A stretch of DNA of 64,000 nt from an uncultured Thermoprotei archaeon (GTDB lineage: Archaea; Thermoproteota; Thermoprotei; Thermofilales; B15-G2), in contig CBDUKN010000007.1 of the NCBI GenBank assembly GCA_965367815.1, positions 22,076 through 86,075 of the forward strand. Reading direction: 5' to 3'. Of this stretch, positions 9,059-18,832 are shown piece by piece. The notes under the pieces are model-generated. The model saw only the letters and a list, made by a program, of their open reading frames with translations. It made no database searches and was not told the origin of the DNA. How positions within the stretch are numbered: the stretch's first letter is position 1; each line of letters starts with the position of its first letter. A program made the translations under genes and the position numbers.

Positions 9059-10185
9059 GTGCACAAAGAATACGATGCAATCGTAGCTGGAGCGGGGCCT
9101 GCAGGGAGCGTTGCGACGTACCTTTGTGCAAAAATGGCTTTAAAGACACTACTTCTTGAGGCGCGAAATCTCCCTAGAGAAAAATCTTGTGGAGGAAGAC
9201 TTACACTTAAGTGCGTTAACTTGTTCGAAAAACACAGAATTTTTCAGAAAACTCATTAAACATGTAACGCTATACGCCAAGTTCTTTTTCATGAAAAGAG
9301 AGCCCATTATACCAAGTGATAAAACTCCTGTCCACATGGTTCACCGAAGCGAATTCGACTATCTCTTAGCAAATAAGGCAAATGAAGCAGGAGCAGATTT
9401 ACTGGCCAAGACTCCTGTAGAAAAAGTGACTATTGAGAAAAACTATGTAGAAGTCAGTGCTAAAGGCAAGATCTTTAGAGGAAAAGTTCTCGTAGCAGCA
9501 GACGGATATCCAAGCACTGTAACTAGGCTATTAAATGCAGAGTCTAAGTGTCTCAAGCATTTTGGAGTATCTGCAGAATTAACTGATGTTGGCGGAAACA
9601 TCGAAGAAGAGTACTCTTACTTCTACTTTATAGGAGTACCTCTAGGATACTGCTGGGTATTTCCCGAAAAAGAGACAGTAAACATAGGTTTTGTAGCAGA
9701 CCCAGATTTCGTCAAGAAAACGATGTTAAGAAAATATTATCAGAGTACATTAAGCACACAGTCTTAGGCAAAGTAGATTTAAGCGGAGTTAAGGTCACTA
9801 GGAAGCTATTTACCTTGGGGAGGCATACAAACCAAAGAGAGAGTAGTTAGAGATAGAGTACTATTCATCGGAGACGCTGGAGAATTGACTGACCCCTGGA
9901 CAGGAGAAGGACTATTTTTCGTAGCGAAGAGCGCCGAGCTAGCCGTAGAAGCTATTAAGAAAGCTTTCGAGAAAAAACGATTTCACAGCAGAAGGGCTCT
10001 CCACTTACTGGAAACTACTAGAAAAAGAAGAATTCATGATAGGAAACCATCTGAGAGCAAGCTATGGCTTCGCTAAAGAATTCTACGACAGATTGAAAAT
10101 TTATGCTAAAGTATTTTACTCAGATAAAAATACTACTGCTAAAACTATAGCTGATCACTACCGATTGAAAGAAGTCCTCAAATAG
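9059..10185 (+). pseudogene. Geranylgeranyl-reductase-family FAD oxidoreductase, multiply frameshifted
   Basis: It starts with the FAD fingerprint 'YDAIVAGAGPAGS'. The remainder (..VLVAADGYPS.., ..GYCWVFP.., ..LFIGDAGELTDPWTGEG..) is spread over at least four pieces in different frames (9059-9259, 9156-9767, ~9770-10076, to 10185). Confidence 0.75.
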
Positions 10186-10384
10186 TAAAAGAAGGCAAAA
10201 AGGGATTAATAGTTAAAGTAATCAAGGCTATCCCAGTAAAGCTAGATGAATTTGAAGTAGACTTGGTTTTTTGAACTAAATAACGTTTATTTTTCTCTCA
10301 ACCGCAACCTTTGCTTTAGCAAAACTACTTAAGCACCTAAAAAAGAGCCTAGTAAGCACTTATACTCTTAGAAGCGTTTACCTA

Positions 10385-10861
10385 ATGGCTTTGACTGAAA
10401 TGATGGACAAGTACGGAGCAGAGGAAGCACTAAGAAAAATATTCAGATGGGGATATGAAATGGGACACAAGTATGCCCTGAGGTTAGGCAAGGACCTCAA
10501 ACGCTATACAAATATCTTTAAAGACAGCCCCTTCTTTGGAAGACTTGGCTGGTACTTGTTCTCCGGAAACATTCCTCAAGTTGAAGTCCACGTAATAGAA
10601 ATAGAAGGCTATAAAGTACTCGAAATCTTTGTTAGAGACTATAATTGTCCATGGTGTCTCGGATTCGAGTACAGCTATCCTATATGCAGTTACCCCTGTG
10701 GAACTTATGAAGCAGGAACACTCACGTGGTTTATGCTCATAGGCAAAATAGACGAGTATTGTGCTATTACTAGAGAAAGTAAATGTAAAGCTAGAGGAGG
10801 TCCTTGCTGCAAGCTTTCAGTAGTATATTCCAAGAGAGCTTTCAATAGAAAAGTTCGCTGA
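10385..10861 (+). CDS. V4R-domain (4-vinyl-reductase-like) Cys-rich protein
   Basis: The C-terminal pattern 'CPWC..(9)..C..PCG.YEAG......(E)..C.A.GG..C' resembles the V4R small-molecule-binding domain. It lies immediately upstream of a small GTPase. Confidence 0.55.
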   Translation: MALTEMMDKYGAEEALRKIFRWGYEMGHKYALRLGKDLKRYTNIFKDSPFFGRLGWYLFSGNIPQVEVHVIEIEGYKVLEIFVRDYNCPWCLGFEYSYPICSYPCGTYEAGTLTWFMLIGKIDEYCAITRESKCKARGGPCCKLSVVYSKRAFNRKVR

Positions 10862-11081
10862 AATTAAACCAGAGCTGTTTAAAATAATTAGTCCAGAGGA
10901 TTCTCTTAATGCTTTTAAGGAGATATTCGGGTAAATAATTGCTTTATTTTTGATTGGAATCAATTTTCTACTATGGTAAATAAAATAATTTATATATAGT
11001 GTTTTACATATGTATAGGTTATACTTGAAATAATAAAAAAGGAATATATTGCCTAGAATAGAAGAGCCTGCCCCTAAACGC

Positions 11082-11095
11082 TTATAATTTATATG
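11082..11095 (+). promoter_or_regulatory. TATA box for the GTPase-hypF unit
   Basis: 'ttataatttatatg' is centred ~25 nt upstream of ATG 11113, the geometry of a leaderless archaeal mRNA. Confidence 0.4.
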
Positions 11096-11112
11096 GAATC
11101 AGTATACTTGGT

Positions 11113-11625
11113 ATGTATTCAATTAAGATAGTGCTTTGCGGTGAAGGAGGAGTAGGGAAAACTAGCATAGCCTACCGCTTTACAAAAGGAGAATTTCCAA
11201 CAGATATTAAGCTTACAGTAGGAATCGAGCATTTTACTAAAGTAATCGAGGTTAATGGGAAACAGGCCAAAATAGTTTTGTGGGATTTGGGTGGTGAAGA
11301 GCGCTTCAGATTTTTGGCACCAGTGTTCCTCAAAGGAGCCAAAGGAGGGCTCTTCGTATTTGATGTGACCAGACTTACTACATTATTTAAACTAGATGAG
11401 TGGCTAAAAATTTTCAGAGAGCAAGTAGGAGATGTGCCTGTTGTGCTAGTAGGCAATAAAGTAGACTTAAGTGAAAGCAGAGCTGTTTTTCGAGAAGCCG
11501 CAGAAGAATTCGCCAAAACGAAAGGGTTTTTAGCATATTATGAAGTTTCAGCAAAGACAGGTGTTAATGTAGAGGAAGCATTTATGCATTTAATCAAAGC
11601 TGTTTTAGAAAAAATACAGCTGTAA
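11113..11625 (+). CDS. Ras/Rab-like small GTPase (paralogue 2)
   Basis: It has the same G1-G5 motifs as 3131..3661 (GEGGVGKT, WDLGGEERF, GNKVD, SAK). Confidence 0.9.
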   Translation: MYSIKIVLCGEGGVGKTSIAYRFTKGEFPTDIKLTVGIEHFTKVIEVNGKQAKIVLWDLGGEERFRFLAPVFLKGAKGGLFVFDVTRLTTLFKLDEWLKIFREQVGDVPVVLVGNKVDLSESRAVFREAAEEFAKTKGFLAYYEVSAKTGVNVEEAFMHLIKAVLEKIQL

Positions 11626-11664
11626 GCTAGTTTAATATATTTCGGTGTTTTCAGAGAACTGTTA

Positions 11665-13971
11665 ATGAAATCTGTTTTAGTAAAAGTAAGGGGTGTAGTT
11701 CAGGGAGTAGGATTTCGGCCTTTTGTTTATCGTCTCGCAGTAAGCCTCGACCTCAAAGGATACGTAAGAAATACTGGTGGCTCTGAAGTAGAGATACTTC
11801 TTCAAGGCAAGAATATAGACGAGTTCTTGACTAGACTCAAGAAGGAGAAGCCTCCTTCAGCGCTAATAGAGGAAATAGATGTGCAAGAAGTAGATGAAGC
11901 CCCTTACAAGTGCTTTAGAATACTGGCGAGCACGTATTCCGTAGAAAAGTACTCTATGATACCTCCTGACTTTAGTTTCTGTGAAGAATGTTTGCGGGAA
12001 GTACTCGACGAGTCTTCTAGATGGTATATGTATCCGTTTAATTCATGTGCATGGTGCGGGCCTCGCTTCAGTATAATTGAGAAACCGCCTTATGATAGAG
12101 AGAACACTTCTATGAGAGATTTTCCTCTATGCGAAAAGTGTCTAAAGGAGTATCGTGACCCAAGTAATCTCAGGAGGTTTCATGCTCAAGGAATAAGCTG
12201 TCCTAAGTGCGGGCCTAAAGTATGGTTGACCGACTCTTCTGGAGAAAAAATTGGGTGCGAAAATCCTATAATAGAGGCAGCTAAGCTGATCGAGGAAGGA
12301 TTTATTGTCGCTGTTAAAGGAATAGGAGGTTTTCACTTAGCTTGTCTAGCTACAGACGATGATGTTGTATTGAAGCTAAGAGCTAGGAAGAAGAGAAGAA
12401 GAAAGCCTTTCGCCTTAATGGCACTAGACTTGAAAGCAGCGTCAAAAATCATAGAAATTACTCCCGCTGTAGAGAAGTGCCTTGCTTCGCCTCAAAGACC
12501 TATTGTAGTTGCTCTCAGAAAACCTGAGGCAGAAGTTTCTTTTTATGTTGCACCGAACTTAAAGACTCTTGGAGTAGAACTAGCGTATACGCCTCTACAC
12601 TACATACTTCTAATGAATACTAGAGACAGATACCTCGTTATGACGAGCGGGAATTTAACAGGACTACCTTTGTGTCATACTAATGAGGAAGCTTTAAGGT
12701 CTTTAAAGGGAATAGCAGATTATTTTCTACTACACAATAGGAGAATAGTTAATAGAGTAGACGATAGTGTAGTAAAAGCCGTAGGCTCGCACGTATTCTT
12801 TTTAAGGAGGAGTAGAGGCTACGTTCCCTGCTGGATCAAAATACCTTTCACGTCTAAAAGGAACATAGTAGCTTTAGGAGCAATGCTCTCTAATACAGGA
12901 GCTCTCCTCATTGAAGATAAAGTAATACTAACACAGCACATAGGCGACATAGAGAATTTCGAAACCCTAGAGTTCGAGAAGAACGCAATAAGCTTTCTCT
13001 TAAGAGCCTACAACATTGATATCAAGGACTGTGTCATTGCAGTAGACAAGCATCCCCGCTACTTAACGAACCTCATTTCAGAAGAATACTCCCTAAAGGG
13101 GGCAAAAGCGCTTAAAGTACAGCACCATCACGCGCACATAGCTTCAGTAATGGCAGAACACAAGATTCCTCTAGGAGAAAAAGTAGTAGGTATAGCAATA
13201 GATGGAGTAGGCTATGGAGAAGACGGATGTATATGGGGAGGAGAAATATTAGAAGTCTCGTACACAGATTTCAAGCGTTTAGCTCACTTAAAGTACTTTA
13301 AAATGCCTGGAGGAGACCTAGCCACAAAATATCCAGTAAGAGTCCTACTAAGCATACTGTCTGATAAGTTATCTGAAGAAGAGCTGAGAGAAACAGCATT
13401 AAAGCTCAAGCTTCAAGATAAGCTTCCTCGAGGACTTCGAGAACTAGATATTGTTCTAAAGCAGATTTACTATAGTAGGCAGCCTTTAGCATCAAGTACA
13501 GGCAGGTTCCTTGATGCAGTTTCAGCTCTACTGGGCTTCTGTTATGAAAGGAGCTATGAGGGAGAACCAGCTATTGTATTAGAGGAAAAAAGTTTCGGAG
13601 GCAGAGTACTAGATGAAATTAGCTATAGGATCGAAGGAGATAGTGAAGGACATAAGGTAATTGAGCTAAGTTCTACATTGCTTCAAGTGCTTGATCTGCT
13701 CCAGTATACAGATACAGAAAACATTGGAGCCAGTGTTCAGTACTGGTTGGGAAGAATTTTAGCCAAAGTAGCTTTAATGTTCAGAAAAAAGCATAGATAT
13801 CTCGTGGTCGGCGGAGGAGCATCAGTTAACACTTTCATTATTAAGGGAATACTAGATGAAGTAGGAGATTCAATTAAGGTACTCTTTGCTAAGAAAACTC
13901 CTCCAGGTGACGGAGGCCTGAGTTTAGGTCAAGCTGTTATTGCTGCGGCTAAGCTACATGAACAGATTTAA
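11665..13971 (+). CDS. hypF: [NiFe]-hydrogenase maturation carbamoyltransferase HypF
   Basis: It has an acylphosphatase N-domain (VRGVVQGVGFRPFV) and two CxxC..CxxC zinc fingers. It also has a YrdC-like 'GIGGFHLAC' and a Kae1-like C-terminal half (HHHAHIAS). Confidence 0.95.
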   Translation: MKSVLVKVRGVVQGVGFRPFVYRLAVSLDLKGYVRNTGGSEVEILLQGKNIDEFLTRLKKEKPPSALIEEIDVQEVDEAPYKCFRILASTYSVEKYSMIPPDFSFCEECLREVLDESSRWYMYPFNSCAWCGPRFSIIEKPPYDRENTSMRDFPLCEKCLKEYRDPSNLRRFHAQGISCPKCGPKVWLTDSSGEKIGCENPIIEAAKLIEEGFIVAVKGIGGFHLACLATDDDVVLKLRARKKRRRKPFALMALDLKAASKIIEITPAVEKCLASPQRPIVVALRKPEAEVSFYVAPNLKTLGVELAYTPLHYILLMNTRDRYLVMTSGNLTGLPLCHTNEEALRSLKGIADYFLLHNRRIVNRVDDSVVKAVGSHVFFLRRSRGYVPCWIKIPFTSKRNIVALGAMLSNTGALLIEDKVILTQHIGDIENFETLEFEKNAISFLLRAYNIDIKDCVIAVDKHPRYLTNLISEEYSLKGAKALKVQHHHAHIASVMAEHKIPLGEKVVGIAIDGVGYGEDGCIWGGEILEVSYTDFKRLAHLKYFKMPGGDLATKYPVRVLLSILSDKLSEEELRETALKLKLQDKLPRGLRELDIVLKQIYYSRQPLASSTGRFLDAVSALLGFCYERSYEGEPAIVLEEKSFGGRVLDEISYRIEGDSEGHKVIELSSTLLQVLDLLQYTDTENIGASVQYWLGRILAKVALMFRKKHRYLVVGGGASVNTFIIKGILDEVGDSIKVLFAKKTPPGDGGLSLGQAVIAAAKLHEQI

Positions 13972-14655
13972 GCCATATTTCTTAGACAGGAGGTCTTTAA
14001 TGAGACAAGGATAATCTGTAGTAATCATATCTACGTCTAAGTTAATTAGTCTAATAGCTTCTCTCTCAGTATTAACTGTCCATGCACATAAAGTGAGCTT
14101 CTTTTCTCTAACCAGTTTAACATAATCTCTATCTACGAGAGAGTAATGTACATGAACAGCATCGGCTCTGAGACTTACTGCTCTATTTAAGTTTTCAATA
14201 GGGTTTTTCGCGTAAATAAGACCAGCTTTTATAGATGAAAGTTCTTTAACCTTTTTAACTACTTCTGGGTAAAACGAAATAATCATTATTTTAGGCCCCT
14301 TAAATGACTCTACTTCACCTATAACTTTTTCAGTGATATCTGGTTCCTTTACTTCGACTAGAACTCCGACTTTGTTTTCACATAATTCTAGTGCTTCCTT
14401 TAAAGTTGGTACTTTCTCGCCTTTACCCGCGTCGAGTTTTCTTACTTCGCTGAACAGCATTTCTCTGAGAAGGCCTTTACCGTTAGTTGTTCTATCTACT
14501 GTATCGTCGTGCATTAAAACAAGTACACCGTCCTTGGTTGCGCGAACATCTATTTCGATCCAATCTACTCTGCACTCAATGCCTTTCCTTATTGCTTTAA
14601 GAGTATTTTCGGGCTCATATCCGGCTGCACCTCTATGACCTACTATTTCTATCAT
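13954..14655 (-). CDS. Glycerophosphodiester phosphodiesterase (GDPD family)
   Basis: It has the 'GHRG...ENT', 'EIDV' and 'LMHDDTVDRTTNG' signature. It has an 18-nt convergent overlap with hypF. Confidence 0.85.
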   Translation of the reverse strand: MIEIVGHRGAAGYEPENTLKAIRKGIECRVDWIEIDVRATKDGVLVLMHDDTVDRTTNGKGLLREMLFSEVRKLDAGKGEKVPTLKEALELCENKVGVLVEVKEPDITEKVIGEVESFKGPKIMIISFYPEVVKKVKELSSIKAGLIYAKNPIENLNRAVSLRADAVHVHYSLVDRDYVKLVREKKLTLCAWTVNTEREAIRLINLDVDMITTDYPCLIKDLLSKKYGLNLFM

Positions 14656-14736
14656 ACAGCCTAATCAATTAGGGCTTAGATAAAAATTTGATTGCAATAT
14701 GAAAATGCTTATTATGCTTGAAGCCAGTAATAGGTT

Positions 14737-15276
14737 ATGTCCGAGAGAGTAGAGCTTAGTTTTACTGAAGTATCTGATAAGACACTTGAAGTAATGAGAG
14801 AACTAGGATTACTTCTAGTATCGGTAGATAATGAAGGTAAACCAAATGCTATGACTATAGGCTGGGGTTTTATTGGCATAATATGGATGAAGCCTGTTTT
14901 TATAGTAGCCGTAAGGCCGTCGAGACATACTTACAATCTACTTGAGCAAACAGGAGACTTTACTGTAAATGTTCCAGCTAAAGGATTAGAGAAGGCTGTA
15001 GAGTACTGCGGTATTGTTTCGGGCAGAGACGTAGATAAGTTCAGGGGATGTAAGCTCACACCTCTCCCCTCGAAGTACGTGAAGTCGCCGCTAATAGAGG
15101 AGTGCGTTATAGGCTATGAGTGTAAAATTATCTATAAATTTGATTTAGAGGCAGAAAAACTCCCCAGTAGTGTTCTCTCTGTGTGTTATCCTTCGGGAGA
15201 CTACCATAGGCTGTACTTTGGTGAAATCTTGAGAGTAGTAGTTGTAAAAGACTTTGAAAAGAAATTACCTATATAG
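14737..15276 (+). CDS. Flavin-reductase-like FMN-binding protein
   Basis: The 'PNAMTIGWG' motif and ~180-aa split-barrel size are typical of the family. Confidence 0.65.
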   Translation: MSERVELSFTEVSDKTLEVMRELGLLLVSVDNEGKPNAMTIGWGFIGIIWMKPVFIVAVRPSRHTYNLLEQTGDFTVNVPAKGLEKAVEYCGIVSGRDVDKFRGCKLTPLPSKYVKSPLIEECVIGYECKIIYKFDLEAEKLPSSVLSVCYPSGDYHRLYFGEILRVVVVKDFEKKLPI

Positions 15277-15278
15277 AT

Positions 15279-16169
15279 TTATTCTTCAGAGGTCTTGATT
15301 ACTTTAAATCCCTTTCTAACAAAGTCTTTTTTAGGAATAAAGACTATTCCCTTTTCTGTTTCAAGCTCAACCATTAATGTAGTTATTTTAACTATTTTAC
15401 CCACTGTGTCATTTATTTCAATAATCGTCCCTTCTTTTAAGCCGCTAGGCTCATTGAATAGGAGTATGAGGGCTTCTTCTCTTAGTCCCAACCCGAAGAG
15501 AAGAGCTAATGCGAGACCTACGCTTATTCCTATTGCTAGGAAGAGTGCTTGAGCTATGTAGGAGATTACTCGAGGAGCTATGTCAGCTATTTCAAATACT
15601 ATGAATATAAGTATTATGTACATTGCGTATTTTAAGAACGCTGCTAACGATGATTTAAACTTAGGCGAAAGAGGTATTTCTTTAAGCGCGCCTTCAGCAA
15701 ATCCTACAATCCACTCAGTGAAAAGAATTCCTATGAAGAAGACCAGTATGGCTCCAAAGAACTTCGGTACATAAGTTACTGCAGCTACACTTAGTTCTTC
15801 TAAAGCCGGAATATTTAGCACAGAAATAGCTGTAACGATAGTTACAGTGTATATAGTAAGCTTCGTTAAAAGCGAGAGTATTCTTGATATAGGATATCCT
15901 GCTTTGGTTAAAAGAGCACCTATTTCAGATTTCTTAAAGCTTTCATCGCCTTTAACTAACTTAACCGCACCAGCAACAGCTTTTGCTGTAACTTTGCCTA
16001 CGATGTAGCCTATAATTAGAACTACTAGCGATGACAGGATGCTTGGAAGATAAGAATATATTACTTTAATTATTTCTTCTAAAATTTTCAGTATATTTTC
16101 CTCCACTCTCTCCCCGTTTAGATGTAGAGGAGGTGTATTTATTCTCTTGTCACTAAAGATAACCCACAT
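15279..16169 (-). CDS. Membrane protein with a small MscS-like C-terminal beta domain
   Basis: Multiple TM helices are followed by 'IIEINDTVGKIVKITTLMVELETEKGIVFIPKKDF'. Confidence 0.4.
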   Translation of the reverse strand: MWVIFSDKRINTPPLHLNGERVEENILKILEEIIKVIYSYLPSILSSLVVLIIGYIVGKVTAKAVAGAVKLVKGDESFKKSEIGALLTKAGYPISRILSLLTKLTIYTVTIVTAISVLNIPALEELSVAAVTYVPKFFGAILVFFIGILFTEWIVGFAEGALKEIPLSPKFKSSLAAFLKYAMYIILIFIVFEIADIAPRVISYIAQALFLAIGISVGLALALLFGLGLREEALILLFNEPSGLKEGTIIEINDTVGKIVKITTLMVELETEKGIVFIPKKDFVRKGFKVIKTSEE

Positions 16170-17451
16170 TTGTCATCAGCGCTAAAATTACCATTGAAAC
16201 CAGTATTTGTGCAAGCGCTATTGGATAGCATTTTTTAACATATTCTCCCATAGATACTTCCATTTTTCTCCGCTCAAGTAGTCTTATACCAATAAGTACT
16301 GAAGGAGAGCCAAAAGTAGTCAAGTTTCCTCCAAGATTGCTTCCAACTATTAGTGCCCAATAGAAAGGCAGAGGATCTATACCCAAGATCTTAACTAAGT
16401 CGTTTACTATGGGATATAGTATTAACACTACGGGAATGTTGTCTATAAAGGCTGAGACAGTAGCACATATAAGTAGCAGTAGAGGCGCGCTGATACATGG
16501 ATTTAAGTAAAGTAAGTCTACTAATTTTTCTGCTATCTTGTCGAGTACTCCGCTGCGCTCTAGACCTCCAACGAAAATAAAGAAGCCTCCAACGAAAAAG
16601 GGTATGCTCCAGTCAGTTCTTCTAAAAACTTTATCTGGGTCTACTCCGCTGAGCATAAATGACAGTACAACGAAGAAGAATGCGATAAAAGACGGCGGTA
16701 AATCAGTGCCGCTACTTAAAGATACCGTTATAAGGAATCCTGAGAATATGAGAAACGATCTGTAGAGAGCCGAAGGCTTCTCTACAGCCGACCACGGGTC
16801 TATAAGCTTTCTTATCACCTCTTTATTCTCAGGATTCAGTTTAGAGTCTCTACGGTAGTATAGAACCCACGATATAATGACGGTGACTAGAGTAAGTAGT
16901 ACTATGAAAGGCAGTGATATTTTTATGAAGTCTGAAAAACCCATACGAGTTTTTGTTGCAATAATGAGCGCTGGAATAGAGCTTATAGGTATTAGAATAC
17001 CTCCCACATTAGTCTGAAGTCCTTCAACTAGTATTGTCTCTTTTGCATTAAATCCTAAAGATTCCGCGAACTTGAAGGTTATAGCGCCAAAAATAAGCAT
17101 TACTGTTATATTTGAAGAAAATCCGGAAAATAGAGTCACCAGCACTATTAGCGTGATTATCGACAATGTATAATGTGAACCAAGTTTTTGTAGTAAGTAT
17201 AGTCCTATAAAGTCAAAGAAACCTGACTCACTTAACGTTTCAAAGAGTATTAGTATTCCGACTATAAAGAGTACTGTATCTAAGTTAATCATTTCGACAA
17301 TATCTTCGTATGTGAAGAGACCGTAAGATATTCCAAAATATACTGAGAGTACTGCGGCGAGCATTGCTACAATAGCTCTATGCTCTATTTCGGCTACTAG
17401 AAGAAGTATGACTATTGTGAAAATTATAGTGAATGTTGCCAGGGGAGTCAT
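16153..17451 (-). CDS. ArsB/NhaD-superfamily (CitMHS-like) anion permease
   Basis: The 432-aa polytopic protein has the two-halves layout of this superfamily. It overlaps the downstream gene by 17 nt. Confidence 0.6.
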   Translation of the reverse strand: MTPLATFTIIFTIVILLLVAEIEHRAIVAMLAAVLSVYFGISYGLFTYEDIVEMINLDTVLFIVGILILFETLSESGFFDFIGLYLLQKLGSHYTLSIITLIVLVTLFSGFSSNITVMLIFGAITFKFAESLGFNAKETILVEGLQTNVGGILIPISSIPALIIATKTRMGFSDFIKISLPFIVLLTLVTVIISWVLYYRRDSKLNPENKEVIRKLIDPWSAVEKPSALYRSFLIFSGFLITVSLSSGTDLPPSFIAFFFVVLSFMLSGVDPDKVFRRTDWSIPFFVGGFFIFVGGLERSGVLDKIAEKLVDLLYLNPCISAPLLLLICATVSAFIDNIPVVLILYPIVNDLVKILGIDPLPFYWALIVGSNLGGNLTTFGSPSVLIGIRLLERRKMEVSMGEYVKKCYPIALAQILVSMVILALMTNVGYL

Positions 17452-17454
17452 TCT

Positions 17455-17778
17455 TTAATGTTTTTTAGCCAGTTTATATAAGCTTAGCGTAATGTCTATG
17501 AATATCGGGGCTCCGATGAAGAAAAGAAACAGCAGAATAAGTGCTTCTACTTCTTTACTTAAAGGATTTTCTCCTAAACGGACTACTACTGCTTCGTGTA
17601 CAAGCGACAGGAGAAGAATATAGACTATTCCGTGGATTACTCTTTTGAACAGCAGACCCTTTTTACCGTATTCTTCGTCGAATTTTCTTTTAATAGATCG
17701 GTAGCTGTAGTATCCTATAGAAAATCCTACGCAAAAAAGTATCATCAAGGCCCAGGTGTATATTATGCTCAGTATCAT
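17455..17778 (-). CDS. Small membrane protein
   Basis: The 107-aa protein has about 3 hydrophobic helices. It is separated by a 3-nt gap from the permease gene downstream of it on the minus strand (16153..17451). Confidence 0.4.
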   Translation of the reverse strand: MILSIIYTWALMILFCVGFSIGYYSYRSIKRKFDEEYGKKGLLFKRVIHGIVYILLLSLVHEAVVVRLGENPLSKEVEALILLFLFFIGAPIFIDITLSLYKLAKKH

Positions 17779-17811
17779 CCAGCTTACTATTATGCATCAA
17801 AGTATATTTTG

Positions 17812-18797
17812 TTAACTCTCAAGTAGTTTTGCTTCATATAAAATCCATCTATCTACTTGTGTAGCCCAGCCGACTTCTTTAGTGTACTTGGGGCCTATTG
17901 ATTCAATGTATATTAGTACTCTATTATTGTCATAGTCGAAGACTATGCTCGAGTACCCGTGTGTAGGCCAGTCTTTTCTTTCGTAAGGTGAAGCTGCTTT
18001 CCACTCTGTCTGATAGACTGTCTCTAAATTGTAGTTGCGGTAGTCGACTACGTATGCTTCGAAGTGTTTTGCTATACCGTAGCCATTTATTAAATATCTT
18101 CGAGCAAGACCCATGAAAGAACTCCCCTCCGGCACAAGTGAAGAAATTGCCGTTTAGCTGGAAGTAGTCTGGCTGTTTTTCGCCGTCTATAGTAGGTATA
18201 CCTAGTTTCTTTCAGTGAATACCGTCGTGGCTTATTGCTAGACCTGTCTTCACGTTCTTTACTTCTCTTTGAGCCTTATAGAACATAAAATAAGTGCTGT
18301 CAATAATATCTACCACTACGTCTCTTGCCTCTTTAGCATCGTACCTCTCGCCTGTTTTCAAGACAAATCCTTTGTACTCCTGGGGGCCTGCGGGGGTCGT
18401 CAGATACATAAAGTATTGCTTCCTAAGCCCGCCTGTAGTCTACAGACACGTAGAGGTATAGGAGGTCTGTTAAGGGATCTCTTATAATCTGTACTCCTTC
18501 AATGCTGAGAACTTCTGTTTTCATGTCCCTAGATATATCTTCTTTAGTCAAAGCTGTCTTCAGGTAGAAGTCTTCTCCGTTTTTACTGGAATATATTCTG
18601 ACTTCAACTCCTCTCGCTGGAGCAGGTTTTCGAGGCCTTACAGCCATTAAATACTCTTTAAAGACGTGGTCATAGAATACCCTGCCTGCACCAACCCATG
18701 AGCCAGGTTCAGAGCTCGGGGGGTCTAGTACAACTTTCTTGAATCTAGTTGCTCTGTCGATGTACTGGGGAGGAATAAAGCCTTTCCAGTCGACCAT
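17812..18797 (-). pseudogene. Gene of unknown function broken into three ORFs
   Basis: ORFs 18423..18797, 18212..18409 and 17812..18135 are collinear on the minus strand in three frames. Only short gaps separate them, and there are no independent start contexts. Confidence 0.45.
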
Positions 18798-18832
18798 GGT
18801 ACTTATTACTCATGACAAAATAAAAACTACTT

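Noticed and set aside
10186-10384. A short open stretch ('KEGKKGLIVKVIKAIPVKLDEFEVDLVF') downstream of the reductase pseudogene.
   Set aside because: It has no start context and no recognisable motif. It could be a remnant or simply non-coding.
11172-11516. Long antisense or alternative-frame ORFs inside confirmed genes. Examples are 765-1037, 2320-2652, 11172-11516, 14333-14638, 27883-28212, 28240-28587, 37532-37954, 44495-44812 and 50959-51423.
   Set aside because: Each lies fully inside a gene with strong family motifs on the other strand or frame. Their products are low-complexity (Ser/Leu/Pro/Thr-rich) with no motifs. Such shadow ORFs are expected from the codon bias of an AT-rich genome.
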